From IMG/VR virus record IMGVR_UViG_3300024978_000122: DNA of 64,000 nucleotides; one strand, 5' to 3'. The notes beneath the pieces were generated by a model, which saw only the letters and a program-made list of their open reading frames with translations, was not told the origin of the DNA and ran no database searches. The stretch comes from a virus. Positions 24,460 through 33,888 of this stretch are shown one piece after another (the first letter of the stretch is position 1; every line of letters starts with the position of its first letter). A program made the position numbers and the translations under genes.

Positions 24460-24761
24460 TGGACGCCTCCCATCAACTTCAACTTTATGGCGGCCCCCAC
24501 CAGCAGCGCGGCCAGGATGCCGGTGGTCACGACCTTGATGGTGGTCTGCCAAGCCGTTCGGCGGGCATCGCGCCACGCCTCCAGCAGATCGCGCAGTTCG
24601 CGGATGTCCTTCGCGGCGCTGTCGTTCTCCAACCCGAGGTGGGCGAGGCAACGCTCAGCTCCACGCTCGGCGGCACGGTCGAGTAGTTCGTCGAAGTCCT
24701 CGCGGCGCAGCAAGAGCATGTTTTCCACCAGTGCGGCGGGTTGATGTTCGGGTTCAGTCAT
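24456..24761 (-). CDS. DUF6127-like membrane protein (lysis-associated)
   Basis: AAERGAERCLAHLGLEND..DIRELRDLLEAWRDAR, C-terminal TM. Confidence 0.7.
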   Translation of the reverse strand: MTEPEHQPAALVENMLLLRREDFDELLDRAAERGAERCLAHLGLENDSAAKDIRELRDLLEAWRDARRTAWQTTIKVVTTGILAALLVGAAIKLKLMGGVQ

Positions 24762-24770
24762 TGCAGGTCT

Positions 24771-24816
24771 CCAGAAAAGCGAAACCCGCCTGATGCACGT
24801 GGCACCAAGGCGGGTT
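24771..24816 (-). terminator. Candidate intrinsic terminator between tail and lysis genes
   Basis: AACCCGCCT/AGGCGGGTT inverted repeat (24783-24791, 24808-24816) followed on the minus strand by TTCGCTTTT. Confidence 0.5.
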
Positions 24817-24840
24817 CAGGGGTGATCAGGAAGATGGGTT

Positions 24841-25062
24841 TCAGATTTCGATGATTTCCAGCGTCAGGCTGGGTGCGTCGCCTTCGATGACGTCGTCTCG
24901 CACGAACACCTTCTGGCCGATGGCGGCGCTGCCGCGCGCGCGGATCAGGCCACCACCGGGCAAGGCGACGGTCACGACGCCGGAGCCGACGCTCACCACC
25001 GTGCCCGCCTGCAATGGCGGATCAGGGATAAGTTGGCGGAACTGCTCGTAGAGGTTATGCAT
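24841..25062 (-). CDS. Small tail-associated hypothetical protein
   Basis: In-operon ORF with OB-like GTVVSVGSGVVTV pattern. Confidence 0.6.
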   Translation of the reverse strand: MHNLYEQFRQLIPDPPLQAGTVVSVGSGVVTVALPGGGLIRARGSAAIGQKVFVRDDVIEGDAPSLTLEIIEI

Positions 25063-27067
25063 GGCTCTGCACCCCCAAGGTCTGCCAGACCTCCGGCATT
25101 CCTGCCTCGACTTGCGTCGAGCGCACGATGCCCAGCCTCGTCACGCTGCCGTCCTGGTACTCGACGAACGCACCCGGCTCGATGATCCCCGTCTCGGCCA
25201 GCACCGGCAGGCGCAGGCTCACCTCGATCTGCTGCCCCGTGTCGGCGAGCACAGCGATACCCCGCTGACGTGCCGCAGCGGCTTCGGTGATGAGCGCATC
25301 GACCACCATCGGCGCCAGCACATCGCCCGCCGTGCCTGCGCGCGTGACCTGACCGAGCACACCGACATCCTGCCCTGACACGAACACGCGGTTGTAGCCG
25401 GGCTTCTCCACCCAGCGCAGCGACTCGCGGGCCACGGCATCGACGGGCAGCACGAAGTCGGGCGTGACGGTGCTCCACTCCCACGGGGCGGCCGGATAGC
25501 GATGGCGCACGCGGATGCTCTGGTCGGACGGATGCGGGATCAGGTAGCCCCCGGCGGCGCTGGCAATCGCAACCAAGGCTTCCATCCACGTGCCCTGCTG
25601 GGTGAACACCCCGGCCGGGACATTCCAGTCCGTCAGGCCCCAATCGATGTTCCAGCCCAGCGGGATGCCGTTGAGCGTCAGCACGTCGTCCATCAACTGC
25701 CGCGCCGTGCGCGCCTGCGGTTGCTGGAAGTACATCACCGGCGCGTAAGGCGCGGCCAGCACAGCGTTGCGCCCACGGCCCGAGATGCGGATGCTGGCGT
25801 CGCCAAACACCCGCTCGCGGCTGATGCTCTCGGCCAGCACCCGGAAGGCTGTGCCGTTGACGCTGGCCACCAGTTCGACCGGGCCGCCGTTGCTGCCGGG
25901 CGCGACGAGGCTTTTTGCGGCGGCGGGAAGCAGTGCCTCGAAGCCCCACGTCCAGGACGCGGCATCGAGCGACAGCGAGAGATTGAACACCGGCACGGGC
26001 AAGCCATCGGGCAGCCGGTGCAGGGTCACGTTGTTGATCACGAAGTAGACCCTCCGGATGGGAACGACCACCGGCTCGCCATCGGGCGGCTCGATGTGGT
26101 TTTCGCAGAAGAACAGCAGGTGGGCACTGGCCGGAGCCAGCGCAGCGAACAGCAGGTGGCCGCTGGGCGTGTAGCAACGCGGCGGGTCGGGCGGCTCGGG
26201 GATCACCCACACGCTGATACCGGGCGGTGGCCGCATCGCGTCCTGGTACCGCCCGCGCCAGCCGACCTGTCGGCGGCTTGCGCTCTGGAAGTCTGAACCC
26301 TGGCGCTGCGTCAGCGGTCGGGCGTTCTGCCAGAGGGCGAGCCGACCGGCGCGCTTGCTGCGGTCACCGTCCTGATGCGCGAAGCGCGTGGCGTCGCGCA
26401 AACGGGTGGCGTTCTGGAACACGCCCGTCCGAATCTGCGCGATGGGCGTCGCGTTCTCGTGGGTGAACCCGGTTGCGCCGTGCAAGCGCGTCGCCTGCTG
26501 CTGGCCGGTGCGCCGCAGCAGCGGCGTGGCCACCAAGATTGGCGGCAGGCGGTGCGCGATGCCGTGAACCGACACACCCCCACGCTGCCACGCCGCGCCC
26601 CAGCCTGCGGGCGTCGCCGTCGCATCCTGCTGGCGCTGCGCTGCGCCGTCCTCGCGCTGCACGGCCTGTTGCCACTCGTGCGCCGTTTGGCCCACCGTCG
26701 GGCGCTGCGTGCGCGAGGCGTAGCGCACCTCGCTGGTGAATACCACGCCGGGCAGGCTGGCCACGCCGACGTTGAGCGGTACGCTCGGGCGCAGGATGAG
26801 CGTGCTGACCGTCAGGCCCGGCAGTTCTGCCAGCAACTCGGCTCGGGCCGGAGGGATGAACTTGATCACGACGACCGGCAGCGGCAGCGTGGCACGCACC
26901 GTCACATCGTCGCGCGGGGCGATGTAGTTCGCCCCGAACACCAAGTTGGCGTCGGCGGCCGCCGGTTGATCGAACAACAGATCGACCAGCGGGGGGCCGA
27001 CCAACACGGTCGCGGCGGGCACGGGCAACGTGGCGACCAAGGTCACCTCGTCGGGAGCGGCAGGCAC
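25055..27067 (-). CDS. Tail/baseplate hub-like virion protein
   Basis: C-terminal hub-like segment (WNIDWGLTDWNVP..YNRVFVSG..PGAFVEY); position in the tail module. Confidence 0.65.
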   Translation of the reverse strand: MPAAPDEVTLVATLPVPAATVLVGPPLVDLLFDQPAAADANLVFGANYIAPRDDVTVRATLPLPVVVIKFIPPARAELLAELPGLTVSTLILRPSVPLNVGVASLPGVVFTSEVRYASRTQRPTVGQTAHEWQQAVQREDGAAQRQQDATATPAGWGAAWQRGGVSVHGIAHRLPPILVATPLLRRTGQQQATRLHGATGFTHENATPIAQIRTGVFQNATRLRDATRFAHQDGDRSKRAGRLALWQNARPLTQRQGSDFQSASRRQVGWRGRYQDAMRPPPGISVWVIPEPPDPPRCYTPSGHLLFAALAPASAHLLFFCENHIEPPDGEPVVVPIRRVYFVINNVTLHRLPDGLPVPVFNLSLSLDAASWTWGFEALLPAAAKSLVAPGSNGGPVELVASVNGTAFRVLAESISRERVFGDASIRISGRGRNAVLAAPYAPVMYFQQPQARTARQLMDDVLTLNGIPLGWNIDWGLTDWNVPAGVFTQQGTWMEALVAIASAAGGYLIPHPSDQSIRVRHRYPAAPWEWSTVTPDFVLPVDAVARESLRWVEKPGYNRVFVSGQDVGVLGQVTRAGTAGDVLAPMVVDALITEAAAARQRGIAVLADTGQQIEVSLRLPVLAETGIIEPGAFVEYQDGSVTRLGIVRSTQVEAGMPEVWQTLGVQSHA

Positions 27068-27070
27068 GGC

Positions 27071-27466
27071 TTACCCCAAGATGGCCGACACCATCCGTGC
27101 ATCTCCACCGAGATACAGATTGGTGCTGGCCAGTTTCACGTCGCCACTGCCATCGGTGCCGCTGCAATCCAGATCCAGGGCATTGACCTCGTTGCCGTTG
27201 ACCAGCCGGGCCCAGGTGGCGATGCCGGTGGCCGCAATCAGCCCATCCTCCTGCTGCGTCAGTGTGAGCAGCCCACCCGCAATCGTGCCCGCAGGCTTGG
27301 TCAGCCTGATCTCCACCAGCATCGCACTGGTCGGCGTCGTGGACGGCGTGGCAGGCCGCGTGCCACCGTAGATGCGCAGTCGCGCCGGGCTGGCCCCCGC
27401 GTCGAGGAAGGCCAAGGTGCCCGCCAGCCGCGCCTCGTTGTGTTCGACAGTGATGGCGACGGTCAC
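27071..27466 (-). CDS. Virion structural protein (tail)
   Basis: RLRIYGGTRP..GIATWARL..LDLDCS pattern; GTG start overlaps the previous stop. Confidence 0.6.
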   Translation of the reverse strand: MTVAITVEHNEARLAGTLAFLDAGASPARLRIYGGTRPATPSTTPTSAMLVEIRLTKPAGTIAGGLLTLTQQEDGLIAATGIATWARLVNGNEVNALDLDCSGTDGSGDVKLASTNLYLGGDARMVSAILG

Positions 27467-28548
27467 GGCATCAACTCCGGGCGTAGGTTGTCCGCGATCA
27501 CGGCGCGGTACATCTGCTTGTGGTCGTAGCTGACCACGGTGTAGCGCTGGGACAGATCGATCAGGTCGAACCGGTAAGCGCCCGTGGGGTCGCTCCAGGT
27601 TTCGGCCACCAGGACGCGGGTGTTCTCGCTGATGAGCTGCACCCGCCGCATCAGGGGCTGGTCGGGCTGCCCCTTCTCCTTGACCGTTCCGGCGATGAAG
27701 CCGTGGCCGCTGAAGTGGATGTCCTTGCGGCCGTTCGGAATCGGATGGAAGTGCCAGTCGTAGCCACCACCTCGGTTCCACAACTCCGAGTTGGGACTGT
27801 TCAAGCGCATCAGGTCGCAGTCGGCGTTGACGCCGATGTTGGCGGCGGGATCGGGCAGCACCGAGGTCGATCCACCGGCCAGCGGCAGCAGATCGTCGGC
27901 GGCGTTCACGCCCACCGCCGCTGGAAACGCAGGCAAGCCCGAAGGCGTGTCACCCGCAATGACGTGGACGCGGGCCGTGGCCCCGTACAGAAAGACGCCC
28001 GGAATCAGCTTGCCCCGGTAGGCAGCGTCTCCGACCTGGAACATCAGCACGCCACCGGCCTTGAACTGGATCAGGCGCGCCCACGGCACCCCGTTGGCAT
28101 CGAAGGCCCCGACGATCACCTCGCAGCGCAGAATCATCCGTTGGCCGACGTTGAAGGTCGGGGCCACGTCGCCCAGACCGGCAATGGGCTTCGCGCCATC
28201 GTTGACGCCGCCCGTCACCGCTGCCCCGTCGCCGAAGCCGCTGTTCCAGCGGGAAACACTCCACCCACCGTCGAGATGGGCGAATCGGTAGCCCTCGGCA
28301 CCGTTGCCCGTGGTCATCCACAGACCGATGTGCTTGCGGGCGCTTGGGTCGGTCAGGAGCTCGACATCGGCCTCGAACCAGAAGTCACCGTGCGCCGTCT
28401 CGTTGAAGCGCAGGATCGATTGGGCGTTCGGAGCCGAGAGGTCGATGGCCTGCTGGGCGCTGTTGTGGCTGGCGGACATGCTGCCCAGCACCGTGGTGTA
28501 GCCGCTCAAAGGGGCGGCGGCGAAGGTGTCGCTCAACGGGTAGGCCAC
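27463..28548 (-). CDS. Tail-associated protein, lectin-like N-terminal part plus small C-terminal beta domain
   Basis: Beta-sandwich-like N-terminal part; C-terminal RRVQLI..ETWSDPTGAYRF..YTVVSYD. Confidence 0.6.
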   Translation of the reverse strand: MAYPLSDTFAAAPLSGYTTVLGSMSASHNSAQQAIDLSAPNAQSILRFNETAHGDFWFEADVELLTDPSARKHIGLWMTTGNGAEGYRFAHLDGGWSVSRWNSGFGDGAAVTGGVNDGAKPIAGLGDVAPTFNVGQRMILRCEVIVGAFDANGVPWARLIQFKAGGVLMFQVGDAAYRGKLIPGVFLYGATARVHVIAGDTPSGLPAFPAAVGVNAADDLLPLAGGSTSVLPDPAANIGVNADCDLMRLNSPNSELWNRGGGYDWHFHPIPNGRKDIHFSGHGFIAGTVKEKGQPDQPLMRRVQLISENTRVLVAETWSDPTGAYRFDLIDLSQRYTVVSYDHKQMYRAVIADNLRPELMP

Positions 28549-28551
28549 GGA

Positions 28552-29817
28552 TCACCTCCACGGCCCGGTGATGTCGAACGCGATCTGCGCGCCTTCGGTT
28601 TCCGAGCTGTACTGCGTCCTGACCAGCAGGAAGCGCTTGCCCGCCTGACCGACCACGTTGTCGACGATGGTCTGATCGCTATAGGGGCGGTCTTGGGGCA
28701 TCCACAGCATCCCCGGCAGGATGCCGCGCATATGGCCGTCCTCTTGCCTCACGTAGGTGGGCAGCAGCCACAGGCTGTAGTCCGCCCCGTTCGGGAACGG
28801 CGTCGGGCCACGACCGCAGATCTGCTGGCCATTATTCGTGTTCAGGGAGGTCAGCCCGAAGCGCACCGGGTTGCCGAGCTGGGTGTGATTGCGCAGCAGC
28901 ACCTTGCCCGTGAAGTCCAGCGACGAGACCAGACCGTAGCCGCTGAACTGCCCGGGATAGCTCCAGTAGTTGCTCATGCCCGAGTAGTTGTCGTCGGCAG
29001 CCAGCACCGTGGCGTAGTTGTCGCCCGGCTTGAAGCTCGTGATGTCGCCGAAGCAGTAGCAATTGCGGCCATACCAGCCGTAGCCCGCTGCATTGGTGCA
29101 GAACAGGAAGAACAGGCGGTCGTCACCGATCAGCACCCAGTTACGGCCACCTCCGCCGCTGTCGCCGTTGCTCTCGTACTGATTGCTTCGGGCGTGGAAC
29201 CATTTGTACCAACCCCACTGGCTGGCAGTGACCTGCTTCCAGTTCTGCGTCGGGTTGTTCGGGTCATAGGGGGCCTGCGCGCCAACGATGGTGTCGATGT
29301 CCGACAGGTCTTCGACGATGCCGACGTTGGCCCACTTGGCCCAGCCCGTCGTGTAGTTGGGCGTCTTGAGGCTGTTGTCGATCAGCAGGATGTTCTGCGG
29401 CGACTGCGGGTTCTTGCTGCGGTAGGCGGCCTTGCTCGTTCCCGCGAACGGCTTCTCCCAGCCGAGTGAAGCCACCTTGGCACTCAGGTTCGTGGTCGTC
29501 GTCGCGGGCGACACCGGTGCTCCCGTCACCGCGTAGGTGAAGGCGGTCGTGGTCGTCGTCAGTACGCGGAACGATCCGTTGTACTCGGGCTGCTCGGCTC
29601 CTGCGATCTCGACCACCTGAAATGGCCGATAGGCGTGGCCGCTGGAAATGGTGGCCGTAGCGATGCCATCGGCGAAGGTCAGCGTGTCGATGGCCTTGAG
29701 GGCGAAGCCGTTGACGAGGCAGGCGTCGAGCATCGTCACCAGATCGCCCCAGTTGTTGGAGATCTGCGGCGCGCCGGTCATGCCGCTGTTGAAGTATTTG
29801 ACGGTGAGGTCAGCCAT
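28552..29817 (-). CDS. Tail fibre / receptor-binding candidate
   Basis: MTGAPQISNNWGDLVTMLDACLVNGF..GWEKPF; Trp/Tyr/Gly-rich distal part. Confidence 0.65.
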   Translation of the reverse strand: MADLTVKYFNSGMTGAPQISNNWGDLVTMLDACLVNGFALKAIDTLTFADGIATATISSGHAYRPFQVVEIAGAEQPEYNGSFRVLTTTTTAFTYAVTGAPVSPATTTTNLSAKVASLGWEKPFAGTSKAAYRSKNPQSPQNILLIDNSLKTPNYTTGWAKWANVGIVEDLSDIDTIVGAQAPYDPNNPTQNWKQVTASQWGWYKWFHARSNQYESNGDSGGGGRNWVLIGDDRLFFLFCTNAAGYGWYGRNCYCFGDITSFKPGDNYATVLAADDNYSGMSNYWSYPGQFSGYGLVSSLDFTGKVLLRNHTQLGNPVRFGLTSLNTNNGQQICGRGPTPFPNGADYSLWLLPTYVRQEDGHMRGILPGMLWMPQDRPYSDQTIVDNVVGQAGKRFLLVRTQYSSETEGAQIAFDITGPWR

Positions 29818-29835
29818 TGCATTGATTCCTTATGG

Positions 29836-32800
29836 TCAAGGGGTGTCGACGTCGCCGCGAATCAGCAACGTGAAGTGGTCGTCGGGAACGGACTCCGGGC
29901 CCTGCTGGACGGTGCGCACCACCCACACCGGGAACTGGCTTCCGATGGTGTTGAAGCGCAGCACGTTGCCGGTGGCCCAGCCGTTGCCCCAGCCGAGCGC
30001 GGGCAGGCGGAAGTACGGCACCCCGGTCGCCGGGTTGTTGGGCGCGCAGTCGGCACTGGTGTTGCCGGTGGCGATCACGCCGACGTTCTCGCCGATGACC
30101 TCGAACGAGGTGCTGTTGGTCATCCGCACCACCCAGCGCTCGGTCAGCGCCCCGCGATTGCTGACCGTGATCGGGTACTGCGTGTGGTTGAAGGTGGCGG
30201 TGGCGGCGCTGCCCACCAACTCATCCGACCAGCCGCCGTTCCAGGTGCTCTGGTCGAACACGAGGTTCACGCGGGCGAACAGGTCTCCGGCCACCAGCGC
30301 ACTGGAGACGAAACTGCCGGAGACCGGATCGCCGGGACTGGCCAGCGGATAGGCGTGCGTCAGAGGCCGCGTGAAGCTGATCTCGCCGTTGATCTGCACA
30401 TCGCGCACCACGGCCATATCCTCGATGCGGTGCTCAATGGTCACCGGCTGGCTGTAGCCCGCCACGTTGGTGAAGGTAACCGTGCCCGCTTCCAGATCGG
30501 TGACGTAGCCGGTGTGGATGACCACGCCGTCGTTGCCGACCACGCGCACCCGCGACAGGCGCACCCGCGCGCAGTCGATGGTCTGGCCGTTGCTGACCGA
30601 CGTCGTGATGCGACCGGTGTGGCCGACCACCGCAAAGCCACCGGGCCGGAAGATCGGCACCCGCCCGTCGCTGGGCAGGCGCACTGGGTCGATGCCCAGC
30701 AGCGCCGCGTCCAGGGGCAGATAGCTGTAGGCCACGGCGCTATAGCGCAGGCTGGAGGCCGCCACCGGCTCGGGCCGGAAGATCTTGCCGTCAGCGCGGA
30801 CGTTCTCGGCATCGAACCACGGCTCCGTCTCGTTGCCCGCCGCCGTGACCACGGTGCCAAAGCGCACGCGCACGAGGCCGGTGTCGTAATCGACATTGCC
30901 GCTGACGCCGGACGCGCTGATCGTGCCGTCGATGCCTGCCGTCACGGTCTGCGTGCCACCCACGGCACGGGCGAACTGGATGGACAGCGATCCCGGGCGC
31001 AGCGGCGCGGCACCGGTGCGGAACACGTACTCGCTGGATATGTTCTCGCCAACGGTGGTCACGCAACTGGCGCGCGTGATGCTGTTGGCCGCGCCCGCCG
31101 ACCAGGAGCTGAGCGTCACCGCGCCCGAGAGGTAGTTGATGCTGCCGCGCGTGATCCAGCCGCTGGGCGTGAACTCACGCAGCGTGCCCTGACCGTTGTC
31201 GCCCCAGGGCTGGCTGCCTGCGATGGCGAGCAGCACCGTGCCGGTCACCACCTGCGCGTTCACGCCCGGCACCAGCCGAAACGACGGGCTAAACGCGAAC
31301 GTCTCGCTGTGGTTGCTGGTCGAGCCCGCGCTGTTGTAGCGCAGCTTGACGTAGCCGGACTCGTCGTTCGGGTACAGCGACGGTGCATCCACGTAACTGA
31401 TGCCGCCGTAGTTGAGGCGGAACATCTGGCCCACGCCCGCAGCCCAGCCGAGGCGTTGCGCGCCATAGACGGGGCTCGGAATCTTGACCGTGACGTCGGG
31501 CTGGAACTGCACCGCCCCGGTGGCGTAGTTGACGCTGCCGATGACGACGCCGGAGCGCAGCACGTTGCCCGCACCATCGTCGCGGGCGTATTGCGTGGGA
31601 TCGACGCCGTTCCACAGGCCCAGCCCCATCGCCTGAATCTGCTGCAACGTGTAGACCCCGAGCACGGCGGTGTCGGTCAGGGTGTTCCATTCGATCTCCA
31701 GCGAACCCGGCTCGATGGAGCCCAGGGTCGCGGTCACCGGCACCTTGCCCTGACCGTCGCGCGAGGGGTGCGCGAAGCTGTCTTCCTGCTTGGGGCCCGC
31801 GACGTAGTCCACCGTCAGCAGCGCGCCGACAGGCGGCAGCACGTTGGGTGCGAAGCTCAAGAGGTTCTGCGCGACGTTCAGATTGCCGGTGGCGGCTCCA
31901 CTGAGCATGCCGGAGGTGGCGGCGGACGCCGTGCATGTGCCGGTGCCGCTCTCGTGCGGCCAGGTGATGGTGAGCGTTCCCGGCTGCACACTCTTGCCTT
32001 CTGGCGGGGCGAGCTGCAAGGCCTGCGAGATCTTCAGGGCGGCGGTCGGCTGCTGCGTTTCCTGCGTCGGCACATTCCACGTCAGGATCAAGGACGAGCC
32101 CACGTCGGGCAGCGCGCCCAGCGTTACCACGAAGGCCCCGGTGTTCTTGTTGAAGGTGCCCGCGCCGTAGCTGGCGTCCAGCCCCTTGAGCGAGCCGTTG
32201 CCACCATCCGACAGCACGTACCAGCGGCCCTGCGCCATGTAGCTGATGGAAAGCGTGCCGGGCTGCGGCACCGGGTTCACGGTGCCGACGTAGGACTGGC
32301 TGCGCGACTCCGGCGTGACCGCGATCTCCGAGCTTTGCGGCGCGCGCTGCAAAGACGCGGCGGGCGTGTAGGTGATGGACTTCGCTGAAGACATCGAGCC
32401 CGAGTTCAAGCTCAGGATGCCGTTGGCGTAGTCGATGGTGCCCAGCGTGCCGCTGGCGGTCTTGAGCAGGCCCGCGTCGTCGAAGATCGTGACGCCGTCG
32501 GTGACGATGGACAGCGATCCGGGCAGGCAGCCGCCCGGCAGATTGAACTTGAGGGTGGTGTTCCAGGCGTGGCTGGCCGTGTAACTCACGGGTGCCGCGC
32601 CCGGCACCGGCAAGCCCGCTGCGGCATACGGCGGCACGAACGAGATCGGCGTCTCGGTCTGGGCGCTGGGCACGAGCTGCGTGTAGATGGACGCGCCCTT
32701 GAGGGTGAAGTCGCCCACATTGGCCGCTTGCGTCAGCGGCACCACGCCGACGTAGGTGCCCGCATCGGCGACCACCGTGTCGCGCGTTCGGGTGGCGTTG

Positions 32801-33444
32801 TTGGCGCGCGTGAAGGTACGCGTCGCGGGCGAGCCGGTGAAATCGAAGCGCAGCGCGTCGCTGATCGCCACCGTGACGACCGCCGCCTTGTAGTCCTGGT
32901 CGGTGTTGTAGGTGAAGGTGCGCTCGACCACCGACACGGCGGTGGCGCGGATGTACTGCTCCTTCTGCGTCGGCAGGCCTTCGTTCTCGATCAGGACGAG
33001 GGTCTGGCCGACGTTGGGCACGGCGTCGCTCGGGCGCTGGAACAACTGCACCACGCGCTGGCCCGCGATGTGGTTCTCGAACAGATAGCCCGCCCACTCG
33101 GGGCCCTTGTTGAGGTAGGCCTCGATGCGGGTCTGCGCCTGCTCGCGGGTGTCGAAGGTCTTCTTGGTGGAGAACAGCGTGACGCTGACGCGCGCGTCCT
33201 GCGGCGGCTCGGCCACGATGACGTTGGCCCCGAAGTAGGTGTCGGTGTCGTCGGTGGCCACCTGCACGAAGCTCTTGCGCAGGTTGACGCGGCCTCCGGC
33301 GCGATCCAGCTCGGAGATGTCGGGGAAGATGGCATTCGAGACGCCGTCGGCGATCACGAGGCCCGTGGGTGCGCCGCCGCCTTCGGGCACGTCCGCCATC
33401 ACGGCGGACTTCAGCAGTTTCACGTCGCCGGATTGAATCGGCAT
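29836..33444 (-). CDS. Large tail-tip virion structural protein (1202 aa)
   Basis: DVKLLKS..GGG..SNAIFPDISELDRAGGRVNLRK N-terminus; repeated GTIDYANG/GSVNYATG/GNVDYDTG motifs. Confidence 0.75.
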   Translation of the reverse strand: MPIQSGDVKLLKSAVMADVPEGGGAPTGLVIADGVSNAIFPDISELDRAGGRVNLRKSFVQVATDDTDTYFGANVIVAEPPQDARVSVTLFSTKKTFDTREQAQTRIEAYLNKGPEWAGYLFENHIAGQRVVQLFQRPSDAVPNVGQTLVLIENEGLPTQKEQYIRATAVSVVERTFTYNTDQDYKAAVVTVAISDALRFDFTGSPATRTFTRANNATRTRDTVVADAGTYVGVVPLTQAANVGDFTLKGASIYTQLVPSAQTETPISFVPPYAAAGLPVPGAAPVSYTASHAWNTTLKFNLPGGCLPGSLSIVTDGVTIFDDAGLLKTASGTLGTIDYANGILSLNSGSMSSAKSITYTPAASLQRAPQSSEIAVTPESRSQSYVGTVNPVPQPGTLSISYMAQGRWYVLSDGGNGSLKGLDASYGAGTFNKNTGAFVVTLGALPDVGSSLILTWNVPTQETQQPTAALKISQALQLAPPEGKSVQPGTLTITWPHESGTGTCTASAATSGMLSGAATGNLNVAQNLLSFAPNVLPPVGALLTVDYVAGPKQEDSFAHPSRDGQGKVPVTATLGSIEPGSLEIEWNTLTDTAVLGVYTLQQIQAMGLGLWNGVDPTQYARDDGAGNVLRSGVVIGSVNYATGAVQFQPDVTVKIPSPVYGAQRLGWAAGVGQMFRLNYGGISYVDAPSLYPNDESGYVKLRYNSAGSTSNHSETFAFSPSFRLVPGVNAQVVTGTVLLAIAGSQPWGDNGQGTLREFTPSGWITRGSINYLSGAVTLSSWSAGAANSITRASCVTTVGENISSEYVFRTGAAPLRPGSLSIQFARAVGGTQTVTAGIDGTISASGVSGNVDYDTGLVRVRFGTVVTAAGNETEPWFDAENVRADGKIFRPEPVAASSLRYSAVAYSYLPLDAALLGIDPVRLPSDGRVPIFRPGGFAVVGHTGRITTSVSNGQTIDCARVRLSRVRVVGNDGVVIHTGYVTDLEAGTVTFTNVAGYSQPVTIEHRIEDMAVVRDVQINGEISFTRPLTHAYPLASPGDPVSGSFVSSALVAGDLFARVNLVFDQSTWNGGWSDELVGSAATATFNHTQYPITVSNRGALTERWVVRMTNSTSFEVIGENVGVIATGNTSADCAPNNPATGVPYFRLPALGWGNGWATGNVLRFNTIGSQFPVWVVRTVQQGPESVPDDHFTLLIRGDVDTP

Positions 33445-33445
33445 C

Positions 33446-33853
33446 TCAAATCTCCAGGAATCGAAGGGTCAGGCGGTAGAAGTCGGAGCCGGATCGCGCC
33501 GGAATGCCCAGCACGGGTTCGGCCTCGATGGCTGTCTCCGCGTGGCGGAAGGCGACCGTGAAGACGCGGCCATCGGTGAAGCTCAGTTCGAAGCGGCCCG
33601 TGGTGCCGCCCACCGGGATCGCCGCCCACGCACGCAACTGCTCGACGGTGGCGCGCGTCACCCACGCCATGTCGGGTGCGCCCGCCAAGGTGATCGGGCG
33701 ACCGGCCTGCCGGGTGGCGGACTGGATCAACAAGGCACCCGTGATGAGGTAGGACGTGGACGCCACGGCGGGCGACCACGCGTGCTCGTCGCTCCACAGC
33801 AAGTCGTCGGGCAATGGCAGAGACACCCCGGTGGTGAGGTTCTTCAGTTGCAT
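33446..33853 (-). CDS. Distal-tail-like protein
   Basis: LPDDLLWSDEHAW..YLITGALLIQ..GRPITL, directly after the tape measure gene. Confidence 0.65.
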   Translation of the reverse strand: MQLKNLTTGVSLPLPDDLLWSDEHAWSPAVASTSYLITGALLIQSATRQAGRPITLAGAPDMAWVTRATVEQLRAWAAIPVGGTTGRFELSFTDGRVFTVAFRHAETAIEAEPVLGIPARSGSDFYRLTLRFLEI

Positions 33854-33888
33854 CGGGAAATCTCAGACGAAGAAACAGGAATGCACGG

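Noticed and set aside
29635-32388. Long antisense ORFs (also 18635..20104, 27520..29469, 33922..35607, 35902..37950, 42583..44997, 46152..48056)
   Set aside because: Shadow frames opposite well-supported genes in high-GC DNA; Arg/Gly/Ala-rich with no motifs.
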